DNA of 64,000 bases from Anaerolineae bacterium (GTDB taxonomy: Bacteria > Chloroflexota > Anaerolineae > Aggregatilineales > UBA3940). Numbering within the stretch: the stretch's first letter is position 1; each line of letters starts with the position of its first letter. The notes below the pieces were generated by a model. It made no database searches and was not told the origin of the DNA. It saw only the letters and a program-made list of their open reading frames with translations. Below are positions 47,821 to 57,012 of this stretch, piece by piece. The stretch spans positions 25,643-89,642 of the forward strand of contig DAOTXW010000068.1 of the NCBI GenBank assembly GCA_034435035.1, written 5' to 3'. The position numbers and the translations under genes are program-made.

Positions 47821-48749
47821 GTGAGCCGATTGTCGCCACTGCGCCGGGCAAGATCATCCTTCTGGGCGAGCATGCTGTCGTATATGGACGCCCGGCGCTG
47901 GCAATACCTGTTCGGTCGGTAAGCGCCCGCGCAGCCATTTACCCCGCGCCACCGGGGACCGGCCTGACGATCGAGGCGCTCGATCTCAATCGACATCTTT
48001 CGCTGGCGTCCCCCGACTCTGAAGCGCTGGCGCTGACAGCCCGGCTGGTACTTGATCGGACAGCCGCTGCAGAGCCTGACGCGCGGATCGTGGTGCAGTC
48101 CTCTATCCCGATAGCCAGCGGGCTGGGCAGCGGCGCAGCCGTCTCGGCGGCTCTGGCCAGAGCCCTGGCAGCGTATCTGGGACAGCCGCTGACCGACCCG
48201 GCTACGTCTGACCTGGTCTATGAGGTTGAGAAACTCCACCACGGTAGCCCCAGCGGGATCGACAATACCGTCATTTGCTACGATCTGCCGGTGTATTTTT
48301 TGCGCGGCCAGGCGCCTGTTGTCTTCCGTCCAAAGGGCACGTTCGTCCTTCTGATCGGTGACACAGGGGTACCCAGCCCCACTCGGCTAGCAGTGGCCGC
48401 TGTCAGGCAGGGCTGGGAGCAAGATCGAGAACTGTACACGGCCCGCTTCGCAGCGATTGGCCAAATCGCGGAGAAGGGCCGCACAGCCATCGAACAGGGC
48501 AACCAGCGCCTGCTGGGCAGCCTCATGAACCAGAATCAGGCACTGCTTCGGGATCTGGGGGTATCATCCCCGGAGCTTGAGCGGCTGGTCGATGCGGCGC
48601 TGAGTGCAGGAGCAAGCGGCGCTAAACTCTCAGGCGGTGGCCGCGGCGGCAACATGATCGCGCTGGTAGCTCCCGAGCGATCCGATGCCGTCGCCGCAGC
48701 ACTTCGCAGCAGTGGAGCGGTCAACGTCCTGCAGACCCGGATCGAATAA
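47817..48749 (+). CDS. mvk: Mevalonate kinase
   Basis: GTG 47817 overlaps the upstream stop (GTGA). Contains APGKIILLGEHAVVYG and the GHMP motif PIASGLGSGAAVSAA. Confidence 0.8.
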   Translation: MSEPIVATAPGKIILLGEHAVVYGRPALAIPVRSVSARAAIYPAPPGTGLTIEALDLNRHLSLASPDSEALALTARLVLDRTAAAEPDARIVVQSSIPIASGLGSGAAVSAALARALAAYLGQPLTDPATSDLVYEVEKLHHGSPSGIDNTVICYDLPVYFLRGQAPVVFRPKGTFVLLIGDTGVPSPTRLAVAAVRQGWEQDRELYTARFAAIGQIAEKGRTAIEQGNQRLLGSLMNQNQALLRDLGVSSPELERLVDAALSAGASGAKLSGGGRGGNMIALVAPERSDAVAAALRSSGAVNVLQTRIE

Positions 48750-48758
48750 GGCGGCCTG

Positions 48759-49556
48759 ATGTTAGTGTTTCTTAAGCTGGGAGGATCCCTCATCACAGAC
48801 AAAGGGCTGCGCGAATCGGCCCGTTCAGACACAATCATGCGTGTCGCAGCGGAAATCCGTGAGGCCCTTACACAGCGCTCTGATCTTCAGCTACTGATCG
48901 GACATGGCAGCGGTAGTTTCGGGCATTCCGCTGCACAGCAATATGGCACGCATCGCGGCGTGGTAGATCAACACGGATGGTACGGCTTTGCCCGTGTCAG
49001 CGTGGTGGCTGCGCGGCTGAACGCGATGGTACTGGATGCGCTTGACGCGGCCGGTGTTCCGGTGTTCCGCGTTCAACCCTCAGCCTCAGCACTCTGCCGT
49101 GAGGGCGCTCTGACCGAACTGGCGTTACACCCCATCCAGAGCGCCCTGGCCGCAGGGCTGGTTCCTCTTGTCTACGGCGATGTCGCGTTTGACCTCATAC
49201 GTGGCGGCACGATCATCAGCACCGAGCAGATCTTCGACTACCTAGCGCTGCGGCTGGCCCCGGCCCGCCTCCTGCTTGCCGGCGACTATGATGGCGTCCG
49301 TGACGCGGAAGGGAATATCCTGCCGAAGCTGACATCCGCAGATCGCGGCAGGCTGGAGGGCGCCATTACAGGGTCGGCTCACCCAGATGTGACGGGCGGC
49401 ATGGCGGCCAAGGTTGACGCGATGCTAGCACTCTGCAGGGCCGTGCCAGGACTCACTGTGCAGGTTTTCTCGGGAGTGGAGAGCGGCATAATTCAGCGCA
49501 CCCTGGTTGACAATTCTTGTCAGCCCGGCACCTGCATTTCCGGAGAATCGAGCTGA
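48759..49556 (+). CDS. Isopentenyl phosphate kinase (amino-acid-kinase fold)
   Basis: 265 aa. Contains LKLGGSLITDK, GHGSGSFGH and DVTGGM motifs, as in archaeal IPK. Confidence 0.75.
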   Translation: MLVFLKLGGSLITDKGLRESARSDTIMRVAAEIREALTQRSDLQLLIGHGSGSFGHSAAQQYGTHRGVVDQHGWYGFARVSVVAARLNAMVLDALDAAGVPVFRVQPSASALCREGALTELALHPIQSALAAGLVPLVYGDVAFDLIRGGTIISTEQIFDYLALRLAPARLLLAGDYDGVRDAEGNILPKLTSADRGRLEGAITGSAHPDVTGGMAAKVDAMLALCRAVPGLTVQVFSGVESGIIQRTLVDNSCQPGTCISGESS

Positions 49557-49560
49557 AACC

Positions 49561-50547
49561 ATGAGCAGCGGGTGTGCGGCCGCGCGGGCATATAGCAACA
49601 TCGCGTTTATCAAGTACTGGGGCAATCGGGACGAACGGCTTCGGCTGCCTGCCAATGGCTCGATATCCATGAACCTGGCGGGTCTTCAAACAGAGACGCT
49701 GGTGAGGTTCGAGGCTGGCATCCCAGAAGACGCCGTCCGGATCAACGGCGAGCCGGCATCTGAGCCAGCGCGACAGCGGGTTTCTGCGCACCTGGATGTC
49801 ATCCGACAGCTGGCGGGCACCGCGCTGCGCGCCGAGGTCACCTCAGCCAACAACTTCCCCACCGGCACAGGGATCGCATCGTCTGCGTCGGCTTTTGCAG
49901 CTCTAACTGTCGCCGGTGCAGCTGCGCTGGGTTTGCAGCTCTCCGAAGCACATCTCTCTTGCCTGGCGCGGTTGGGCTCCGGATCAGCCAGCCGTTCAGT
50001 ACCGGGTGGTTTCGTGGAGTGGCATATGGGCGAGGATCATGGCACGTCGTTCGCCGAAAGCATCGCCCCGGCTGAGTACTGGGATCTGGTTGACCTGGTA
50101 GCAATTGTCAGCGCAGAGCACAAGGCGGTGGGTTCAACCGGCGGGCATGCGCTGGCTCCGACATCTCCGCTTCAGGATGCGCGCCTGCTGGACGCTCCAC
50201 GTCGGCTGGGCAGGTGCAGGTCGGCCATCCATGAGCGCGATTTCTTGTCCCTCGCCGATGTCGTTGAGCAGGACGCCCTGATGATGCACGCCGTGATGAT
50301 GACATCGATGCCCACGCTGATCTACTGGCTCCCCCCTACCCTGTCGATCATCCATCATGTGAAGCGGTGGCGTTCGGAGGGCCTGCCAGTCTGCTTCACC
50401 ATCGATGCAGGCCCCAATGTGCATGTGTTGACCCTCGCCAGACACGCCCCTGAGATTGATCAACTGCTTAGGACTCTGGATGGTGTCCGCGATGTGCTGG
50501 CAGCCCCGGCTGGCGGGCCAGCCCATCTGATTGACAGGGTATGCTGA
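49561..50547 (+). CDS. Mevalonate (di)phosphate decarboxylase family; context suggests mevalonate 5-phosphate decarboxylase
   Basis: ATG 49561 gives MSSGCAAARAYSNIAFIKYWGNRD. GHMP motif FPTGTGIASSASAFAAL. 18 upstream codons trimmed. Confidence 0.8.
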   Translation: MSSGCAAARAYSNIAFIKYWGNRDERLRLPANGSISMNLAGLQTETLVRFEAGIPEDAVRINGEPASEPARQRVSAHLDVIRQLAGTALRAEVTSANNFPTGTGIASSASAFAALTVAGAAALGLQLSEAHLSCLARLGSGSASRSVPGGFVEWHMGEDHGTSFAESIAPAEYWDLVDLVAIVSAEHKAVGSTGGHALAPTSPLQDARLLDAPRRLGRCRSAIHERDFLSLADVVEQDALMMHAVMMTSMPTLIYWLPPTLSIIHHVKRWRSEGLPVCFTIDAGPNVHVLTLARHAPEIDQLLRTLDGVRDVLAAPAGGPAHLIDRVC

Positions 50548-50648
50548 TGCCGCTCCGGTGGTGATGCCCACAGCCGGCAGGTATAATCCTCTCTGCGTTG
50601 GGCTGTGCCAAAGCGCCGCAACAGCATTGTGGAAAGGCTTACTGTTAT

Positions 50649-51734
50649 ATGGAACTGGGCGCAACCGCTCTGTCAGTGCTGGCTTTCTTCTTAGTGATTG
50701 GCCCCCTGATCTTTGTTCACGAGCTGGGGCACTTCCTCGCCGCACGCTTGAGCGGCATTCAGGTGGAGGAATTCGGAATCGGCTATCCCCCGCGGATGTT
50801 GACCCTGTTCGAACGCGGCGGCACTCGCTATACGTTGAACTGGCTGCCGCTGGGCGGCTTCATGCGCCCCCGGGGAGAGGATGATCCGGCAGTGCCGGGA
50901 GGTTTCGCCTCCTCGGCCAAGCGGCACCGTCTGGCCGTGCTGGCAGCAGGGCCGGGAGCCAACGTGCTGATCGCGTTCCTCCTCCTGGTCGTAATGTTCC
51001 TGATCGGCGCACCGGCTGAACTGCCAGGAGCCCGGATCGCTGCCGTTGAGGCAGGCTCACCAGCCGCACAGGCCGGTCTGGTAGTCGGCGATGTCATCCT
51101 GAAGGCTGACGACACCGTCATCGTCAATTACGAAGTGCTGACTGGCTACATCCACAGCCGCGTTGCGGAGGCACCAGGCGAAACCATTGTCCTGACCATC
51201 GACCGGGCGGGCAATCAACTGACTCTGTCGGTTACACCACGGGTCAATCCGCCGGAAGGCCAGGGGCCTACCGGAATCCAGGTGCAGCCCATCATCGAAG
51301 TACGCCGCTATGCGCTCGGGCCGGCGTTGAGCAGCGCCGCACGCGAGGTCGCGGCCTTCGCCAAGGCGTTTGTTGAGTTCCCCGTCGCAGTCATCCAGGC
51401 GCAGATTCCAGCACGCTACCTCCGCCCTGTCAGCGTGGTGGGGATCAGCCAGATGGGCGGCCAGGCGCTGGATACATCGATCAATCAGAACGCTGCCTGG
51501 CCCATCCTGCAGCTGACAGCTTTCATTAGCCTTGCCCTGGCAGTGACCAATCTGCTGCCGTTGCCAGCGCTCGATGGGGGCCGTATCCTGTTTGTTCTGA
51601 TTGAGGCGCTCAGAGGCCGCAGAGTCGATCCCCACCGTGAGACAATGGTGCACCTGATCGGTTTTGCGATTCTGGTAACGGCTATGCTGGTGTTCGTCTA
51701 TCTGGATATTGTCGATCCGCTGGTGGTCAGATGA
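50649..51734 (+). CDS. rseP: Site-2 (M50) zinc metalloprotease RseP with PDZ domain
   Basis: Start at MELGATALSVLAFF. Contains HELGH, a PDZ segment and NLLPLPALDGG. Confidence 0.85.
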   Translation: MELGATALSVLAFFLVIGPLIFVHELGHFLAARLSGIQVEEFGIGYPPRMLTLFERGGTRYTLNWLPLGGFMRPRGEDDPAVPGGFASSAKRHRLAVLAAGPGANVLIAFLLLVVMFLIGAPAELPGARIAAVEAGSPAAQAGLVVGDVILKADDTVIVNYEVLTGYIHSRVAEAPGETIVLTIDRAGNQLTLSVTPRVNPPEGQGPTGIQVQPIIEVRRYALGPALSSAAREVAAFAKAFVEFPVAVIQAQIPARYLRPVSVVGISQMGGQALDTSINQNAAWPILQLTAFISLALAVTNLLPLPALDGGRILFVLIEALRGRRVDPHRETMVHLIGFAILVTAMLVFVYLDIVDPLVVR

Positions 51735-52744
51735 TGGAGCAGGATCAGGAGTTTGAAGCCCTACTGGAAACTCTGGCTGAAGCACAGGGCCCGCTGAAGG
51801 CGGTGCTCATCTACCGTCTATCTGACCTCAGTCCAGCCGACCTCTCGATCCTGCGGCTGCGCTGGCAGTTCTTCCCGGTAGAGCGCCGCCGTCAGCTGTT
51901 GGCGCGTCTGGCAGAAACCAGTGAAACCAGCTTCGACCTGGACTTCAGCACGGTTGCGCTTTTCGCCCTGCAGGATGAAGATGATGAAGTACGCCGCCAG
52001 GCCATTGCAGCCCTGTGGACGAATGAGGAAGAATCAACGATGCGCGAACTGCTCGCCATTCTGGCGGGCGATGTACACTCATCGGTTCAGGCAGCAGCGG
52101 CTGAAGCACTGGCGCCTTTTGTGCTCGCCGGCGAGCTGGGAACGATCAGTGCCGCGGCCCGCGTCGAGGTCGAAGGCGCACTGCTGCAAGCCTTGAGCCG
52201 GACCGACTACAGTGACGAACTACACCGCCGCGCCCTGGAGAGTCTGGCCTTTTCAGGTCATCAGGATTTGCCAGAGCTGATTGAGAAAGCCTATGCCAGC
52301 CCTGTACTGGACGCACAGGCCAGCGCTCTGTTTGCGATGGGCCGCAGCGCCGATGAGCGGTGGACGCCGATTGTGGCGCGCGCTCTTGCCGATGACAGAC
52401 CGGAGATTCAGTATGAAGCAGCGAGGGCAGCCGGCGAGCTTGGTATGGCCGAGTCCGTTTCCCGGCTGATTGAGCTGAGCGGAGGCCCTGATCGGGAGGT
52501 GCAGCACGCTGCCATCTGGTCGCTGGGCGAGATCGGCGGAGCGCAGGCTCAGCGGGCACTGGTAGACCTCTCCAGACAAATAGCGGATGAGGACCTGCTC
52601 GAGGCCATCGATGATGCCCTTCATTCGGCGGCTCTAGCCGAAGGGTCACCCGGGCCATTTATGCTGCTGAACGAGAGCTTCGCCGGCATGGACGATCTGG
52701 ACGCCGAAGAAGACGATCTGGACGATCTGTACGAAGACGATTGA
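51731..52744 (+). CDS. HEAT-repeat protein with an acidic C-terminal tail
   Basis: 337 aa. Repeated ...VR..A..ALG... units (e.g. EIQYEAARAAGELG, EVQHAAIWSLGEIG). ATGA overlap with rseP. Confidence 0.7.
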   Translation: MMEQDQEFEALLETLAEAQGPLKAVLIYRLSDLSPADLSILRLRWQFFPVERRRQLLARLAETSETSFDLDFSTVALFALQDEDDEVRRQAIAALWTNEEESTMRELLAILAGDVHSSVQAAAAEALAPFVLAGELGTISAAARVEVEGALLQALSRTDYSDELHRRALESLAFSGHQDLPELIEKAYASPVLDAQASALFAMGRSADERWTPIVARALADDRPEIQYEAARAAGELGMAESVSRLIELSGGPDREVQHAAIWSLGEIGGAQAQRALVDLSRQIADEDLLEAIDDALHSAALAEGSPGPFMLLNESFAGMDDLDAEEDDLDDLYEDD

Positions 52745-52759
52745 AAACGCCCGGCTGCT

Positions 52760-54073
52760 ATGGATAATCATCTACCCCGGCATCAGCGAATCCTGGCCAT
52801 CTGCCTGGCGATGCTGATCGTCACGGCGGCCGCGCCGCCCACAGTTGCTGCTCAGGACGCTTCCGGCCTGGAACAGAACGCCCGATCCATTTACGGTGAA
52901 AGTATCATCTTTCGCGTGCGTTCGACCGCATCGGTTCCACTCACAGGCGCGCGACTGACTGTACAAGTGCAGGGGCGAGGAGAGCAGTTCGTTCAGTCAG
53001 TGCCCGTGAACGGAGCAGACATCGAGGTCACGACATCGATCAGCGTCCGGGAGGATCTCGCCCTGGAGCCAGTTGCTGGGCTCACGTACTACTGGGATGT
53101 CCAGGATTCCTCTGGACGCCAGCTCCGCAGCGCACCCGGGTTCCTCTGGTATGACGACACCAGTGTCGGATGGACGTGGGCTGCCGTGCAGGCAGACTCG
53201 GTGATAGTGCACACCGATGGGCGCAGCCCGGAGGTGAGCGAGGCCGCACAAACTATCGCCGCAGAAGCGCTGGAGGATGCACGACGTGCACTCGGCCAGG
53301 GCCTTGATGGCGATGTTCATGTGTACGTCTATCCGACACTCAGCCTGCTGGCGAATGCACTGCGACTGCACGGCCTGCAGGTCACGGACTGGGTAGCCGC
53401 CTATGCCGTGCCTGATCAGCGCGTCGTTCTGGTGGCTGCAGAGGCGGGACCCGGGCTTGTGCCAGCCCTACAGCGGGACATCGCGCACCAGATGATGCAC
53501 CTGGCAGTCCATCAGGCAGGCAACGGCTCTGCCCCGGCCTGGCTGGCGGAAGGGCTGGCGCTCTCAACAGCGCCCGAACCCGATACCAATCTGAGCGAGG
53601 TGCTGGAGGCCGCCCGCAGTGACAACGTAGTGCTGTCTCTCAGCACATTGTGTGGCCGGTCCTTTTCAGGCATGGCGCCCCGTGATGCAGCGCTGGCCTA
53701 TGCACAGAGTCACAGCCTGGTGCAATACATTAACTCACGGTATGGAAGCTCACAGACTCAGGCGCTGGTCGCAGCCTACGCAGGTGGCCTCGGTTGTGAT
53801 GATGGGGTGCAGCTTGCGCTGGGGATTAGTCTGACGGAGCTTGAGCAGCAGTGGCAGGCCGATCTGGCCCATCAGGAACCGTCATCCAGGCTGGGGCGTG
53901 CCGGATCGCTCGTACCGTGGGCTGCCATCTGGGTGCTCAGCCTGCTGCTGGCGCTGCTGTTCACCGCACCCCAGCCAACGCACTCCGAGGAGCGCCCGTT
54001 CTCGGATACGCGCCCCCGCCTTCGCCCGACCCAGCCTGGCAACACAGCTTCTGGAGGAAGCCATGGCAGATGA
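52760..54073 (+). CDS. Secreted, C-terminally anchored peptidase-MA-like protein with HQxxH in place of HExxH
   Basis: 437 aa. Signal peptide, IAHQMMHLAVHQ...WLAEGLA (53486-53500 encodes HQMMH) and a C-terminal TM helix. Confidence 0.5.
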   Translation: MDNHLPRHQRILAICLAMLIVTAAAPPTVAAQDASGLEQNARSIYGESIIFRVRSTASVPLTGARLTVQVQGRGEQFVQSVPVNGADIEVTTSISVREDLALEPVAGLTYYWDVQDSSGRQLRSAPGFLWYDDTSVGWTWAAVQADSVIVHTDGRSPEVSEAAQTIAAEALEDARRALGQGLDGDVHVYVYPTLSLLANALRLHGLQVTDWVAAYAVPDQRVVLVAAEAGPGLVPALQRDIAHQMMHLAVHQAGNGSAPAWLAEGLALSTAPEPDTNLSEVLEAARSDNVVLSLSTLCGRSFSGMAPRDAALAYAQSHSLVQYINSRYGSSQTQALVAAYAGGLGCDDGVQLALGISLTELEQQWQADLAHQEPSSRLGRAGSLVPWAAIWVLSLLLALLFTAPQPTHSEERPFSDTRPRLRPTQPGNTASGGSHGR

Positions 54074-54365
54074 TCCGTCTGAGAGCCCGGTCAGGCGATT
54101 GCATGCAGTCGTCTCCGGGCGTGTGCAGGGAGTGAGCTTCCGCGCCTATACACAGTTGAGAGGGAGAGATCTCGGCCTCACCGGTTGGGTCAGGAATCTG
54201 CCGTCAGGCGCTGTGGAAGTGGTGGCCGAAGGTGACGCGGACTCCCTGTACGCTTTTGTCGAGTTCCTGCACGCCGGCCCGCCTTCCGCCCGCGTAGAGG
54301 ACGTTCGCATTTCCTGGGTTGAGCCGTCCGGAGAGTTCTCCGATTTCGCCATCCGGTTCTTCTGA
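54063..54365 (+). CDS. acyP: Acylphosphatase
   Basis: 100 aa starting from ATG 54063. VSGRVQGVSFRAYT...GWVRNLPSGAVEVVAEG is the acylphosphatase signature. Confidence 0.85.
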   Translation: MADDPSESPVRRLHAVVSGRVQGVSFRAYTQLRGRDLGLTGWVRNLPSGAVEVVAEGDADSLYAFVEFLHAGPPSARVEDVRISWVEPSGEFSDFAIRFF

Positions 54366-54394
54366 GCATCCCTGGAGGCCGGTAATACATCCCC

Positions 54395-55651
54395 ATGCAA
54401 GCTAATCCGGAGACTCTGGCGTGGCGTATCCTGCTCGGTGCCTTCTCTGTATTCCTGCTGCTATGCGGTTCAACTATCTATGCCGCCCAGTGGTTCATTT
54501 TTCAATCCACGGTGGATATGCCAGTTGAAATGACCGTGGCACGCGGTACCGCTCAGATCACCCTGCCGAATACAGGCGAACCGATCGCTGTAGCCGATCG
54601 GCGAGACGATCTGGTTCCGGGGGCAACGGTTCGCACCGATCCTAACACTCAGGCCGTGCTCACATTCCTTGACCAGCGCACGGAGCGGCCGATCGCCTCT
54701 ATTGTGGTGTTCCGCGACACGCAGCTGACACTCACCACAGCCCGTGCCCCAAGGTTCGGGTTGAACAAGGCGCCCTACCAGGTGCAGGCACAGGTCAGCA
54801 CGGGCCGTGTTGAAGTGCTGGTTCTGGATGCCGGCTCACGCCGCGCCCACATCGAGGTGCTCACGCCGCACACGTTTTCGCGAATGGAGGAGCAGGGGGA
54901 ATATCTGGTCGATGTCTCCACCCGCCTGACCCGTGTGACGACTCGCACCGGCGGGGCGCTGGTCGTCGAGCATACCAGCGGGCGGCATGTCAACCTTGAT
55001 CGCGATGAGCAGGTGACGGTCCACGCCGAAAACAGCGTGCTCGAACCAGTGCAGGCCGCACGAACCGTCGTGGCCAATGGCACATTTGAAGAGAGCTTTG
55101 ATGTCGCCTGGCAGTTTTACAATGACCGCGAACCTCCGGGGGAGGCCTCCAGCGCGCTCTTCGACGGGCGGCCCGTGCTGGTTCTCGATCGATCTCAATC
55201 GCGCTTTCCCGGCACAGCCCTGGGGCATGGGGAAACAGGCATGGTCCAGCCGCTGGATGTAGACCTCCGCTCCTTTGATGCACTCGAGCTGAGAGCCACC
55301 TTCTATATTGCTGAGCAGTCGTTATCAACCTGCGGAATCGCCGGGAGCGAATGCCCTATGATGGTGCATATTCGCTACACCGACAGCCAGGGTCAGGTGC
55401 AGGATTTTCGGCATGGGTTCTACGCGACTCATGATCCCGGCCTGGGTTACCCGCTTGCCTGCAACACGTGCCGCAGTGATCATGACCGGATCAATGGCTC
55501 CAGCTGGTACACCTACGAGTCCGGGAATCTGCTCAGCCTGTTTCCTATCTCTCAGAAGCCGGTGCACCTTTCCGAGATCAGCTTCTATGCTTCCGGCCAT
55601 GCCTATAAAGTATACGTCTCTGAGATGAACCTGCTGGTCTGGTCAGAATGA
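54395..55651 (+). CDS. Membrane-anchored FecR-like protein with a C-terminal jelly-roll-like domain
   Basis: 418 aa. N-terminal TM helix, FecR-like beta region (VARGTAQITLPNTGEPIAV...VRTDPNTQAVLTF) and a Cys-containing C-terminal domain. Confidence 0.5.
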   Translation: MQANPETLAWRILLGAFSVFLLLCGSTIYAAQWFIFQSTVDMPVEMTVARGTAQITLPNTGEPIAVADRRDDLVPGATVRTDPNTQAVLTFLDQRTERPIASIVVFRDTQLTLTTARAPRFGLNKAPYQVQAQVSTGRVEVLVLDAGSRRAHIEVLTPHTFSRMEEQGEYLVDVSTRLTRVTTRTGGALVVEHTSGRHVNLDRDEQVTVHAENSVLEPVQAARTVVANGTFEESFDVAWQFYNDREPPGEASSALFDGRPVLVLDRSQSRFPGTALGHGETGMVQPLDVDLRSFDALELRATFYIAEQSLSTCGIAGSECPMMVHIRYTDSQGQVQDFRHGFYATHDPGLGYPLACNTCRSDHDRINGSSWYTYESGNLLSLFPISQKPVHLSEISFYASGHAYKVYVSEMNLLVWSE

Positions 55652-55698
55652 AGTCTGCCCGTTATTGGCGCAACCCATCCTGCCGGGGGTGAAAGCGT

Positions 55699-56982
55699 TT
55701 AGTCGGGCTCCGGTGGTTTCTCCAGGTCGAGTTCGCTCAGCAGCTGAGGCAGGTCATCTGGCTGTAGGGCGGTGACCGGGTAAAGGACCAGTCCGGGGTA
55801 CCACATCTCCAGCCAGGGCATAATTGGCATTGGCCAGTCTGTTGGGTTGACGACTATCACGCTGCGATGCGCCAGATCGCCGATACCGGCATCATCGGCG
55901 CTGAAGCCGACTGTCCACCGCCGACGTTCCCACTCTCCACTCTCCACCAGCGCACGCAGTAGATCACTGCCTGCCGTGGGCGGAAGCAGCACGTACACCC
56001 GGTGGTACTGGGCGCGCGGGCTTCCCCGCCCGGGCGCCGGCCCCCGGGTGGTGTCTGCCTCGCCAGTCGAGGCCAGGATGTGTGGCAGCGAGCTTACTGG
56101 CTGCGGCGGCAGAATATTGATGGTCGCACTGGTCGCCTGAATGCCCTCTGCGCGCAGGGTGACAGTATGTGGCCCATCCATGCGCGGCATAAATTCCCAC
56201 CGCCAGACCTGCCCGCCACCGGACCCGCCTGCGCCGAGCTGTATCGCATCGACCGGGCCGCCTGGCCCATTGACGATCACCACCGGCTCTGCGAGCAGGT
56301 GCGTAGAGGAGACCTGAATGAGGACAGGCTCGCCTACCTGCTGGGTGGTGCTGCTGAGGGCTACACCGGCCTCCGGGTAGATCGGTGCGACGCCCGTTCC
56401 CTGAGGCATGACTTCCAGGACAGCATCATCCCAGAAAACAAGATTGTGTTTCTTGGGCCAGTCCGGGGCCGCGTAGAGAAACACGGTCACCTCGGGCAGA
56501 CGCGAGGTTGCTTCGACCACAAACCCGGTGTCGTAGCTGTCGTAGACCGCCCGCTCGGCGGACCACACAACCCCCGGCGCAAAGGGATCCTCTCCGCCTG
56601 CCGGGTCGATGCCGACTCGCATCCGCACGTTGCCGGGGTCCAGGCTTCGCTCTGGGGTATCCCCGTTGGAGCTCCAGGCATGGCCATAAGCTGTCAGCCT
56701 GAGTACCTGGCCGGTACCCACAGAAACCCGCTGCATCAGCCCCGCCGTATGGGTGGCCCAGTGTGTTCCGATCACCTGCGCGGCCTGGCCGCTGCGCACA
56801 CGCCTCGGATCTTCCGTACGCAGTACCGGCCTGAAGAACGGCTGCCGGTTGCGCCAATCAGGGTCATTCTGAACATGCGCCAGCCAGAACGGCGCCCAGC
56901 CTTCGGCTACCATCACATCAGGGGTATTCCGCCAGGCATAGTAGCTCTGGTCAAAGCTTGGATTCCTCAGCAGGTTAGCCAT
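55699..56982 (-). CDS. Hypothetical protein: CBM4_9-like N-terminal domain, Ig-like middle domain, uncharacterised C-terminal module; no signal peptide
   Basis: 427 aa. NPSFDQSYYAW...GW..FW...VFWDDAVLEV resembles CBM4_9. The C-terminal module (aa ~326-416) resembles the N-terminus of the next gene. Confidence 0.55.
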   Translation of the reverse strand: MANLLRNPSFDQSYYAWRNTPDVMVAEGWAPFWLAHVQNDPDWRNRQPFFRPVLRTEDPRRVRSGQAAQVIGTHWATHTAGLMQRVSVGTGQVLRLTAYGHAWSSNGDTPERSLDPGNVRMRVGIDPAGGEDPFAPGVVWSAERAVYDSYDTGFVVEATSRLPEVTVFLYAAPDWPKKHNLVFWDDAVLEVMPQGTGVAPIYPEAGVALSSTTQQVGEPVLIQVSSTHLLAEPVVIVNGPGGPVDAIQLGAGGSGGGQVWRWEFMPRMDGPHTVTLRAEGIQATSATINILPPQPVSSLPHILASTGEADTTRGPAPGRGSPRAQYHRVYVLLPPTAGSDLLRALVESGEWERRRWTVGFSADDAGIGDLAHRSVIVVNPTDWPMPIMPWLEMWYPGLVLYPVTALQPDDLPQLLSELDLEKPPEPD

Positions 56983-57012
56983 GAACCCGGTCCTTGTTCC
57001 TTGTCAGACGCA

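Noticed and set aside
50582-50587. TATAAT box upstream of rseP as a promoter
   Set aside because: No acceptable -35 (TGGTGA at 17 nt) or extended -10 is present. rseP may simply be co-transcribed with the mevalonate genes. This is too weak to list as a feature.
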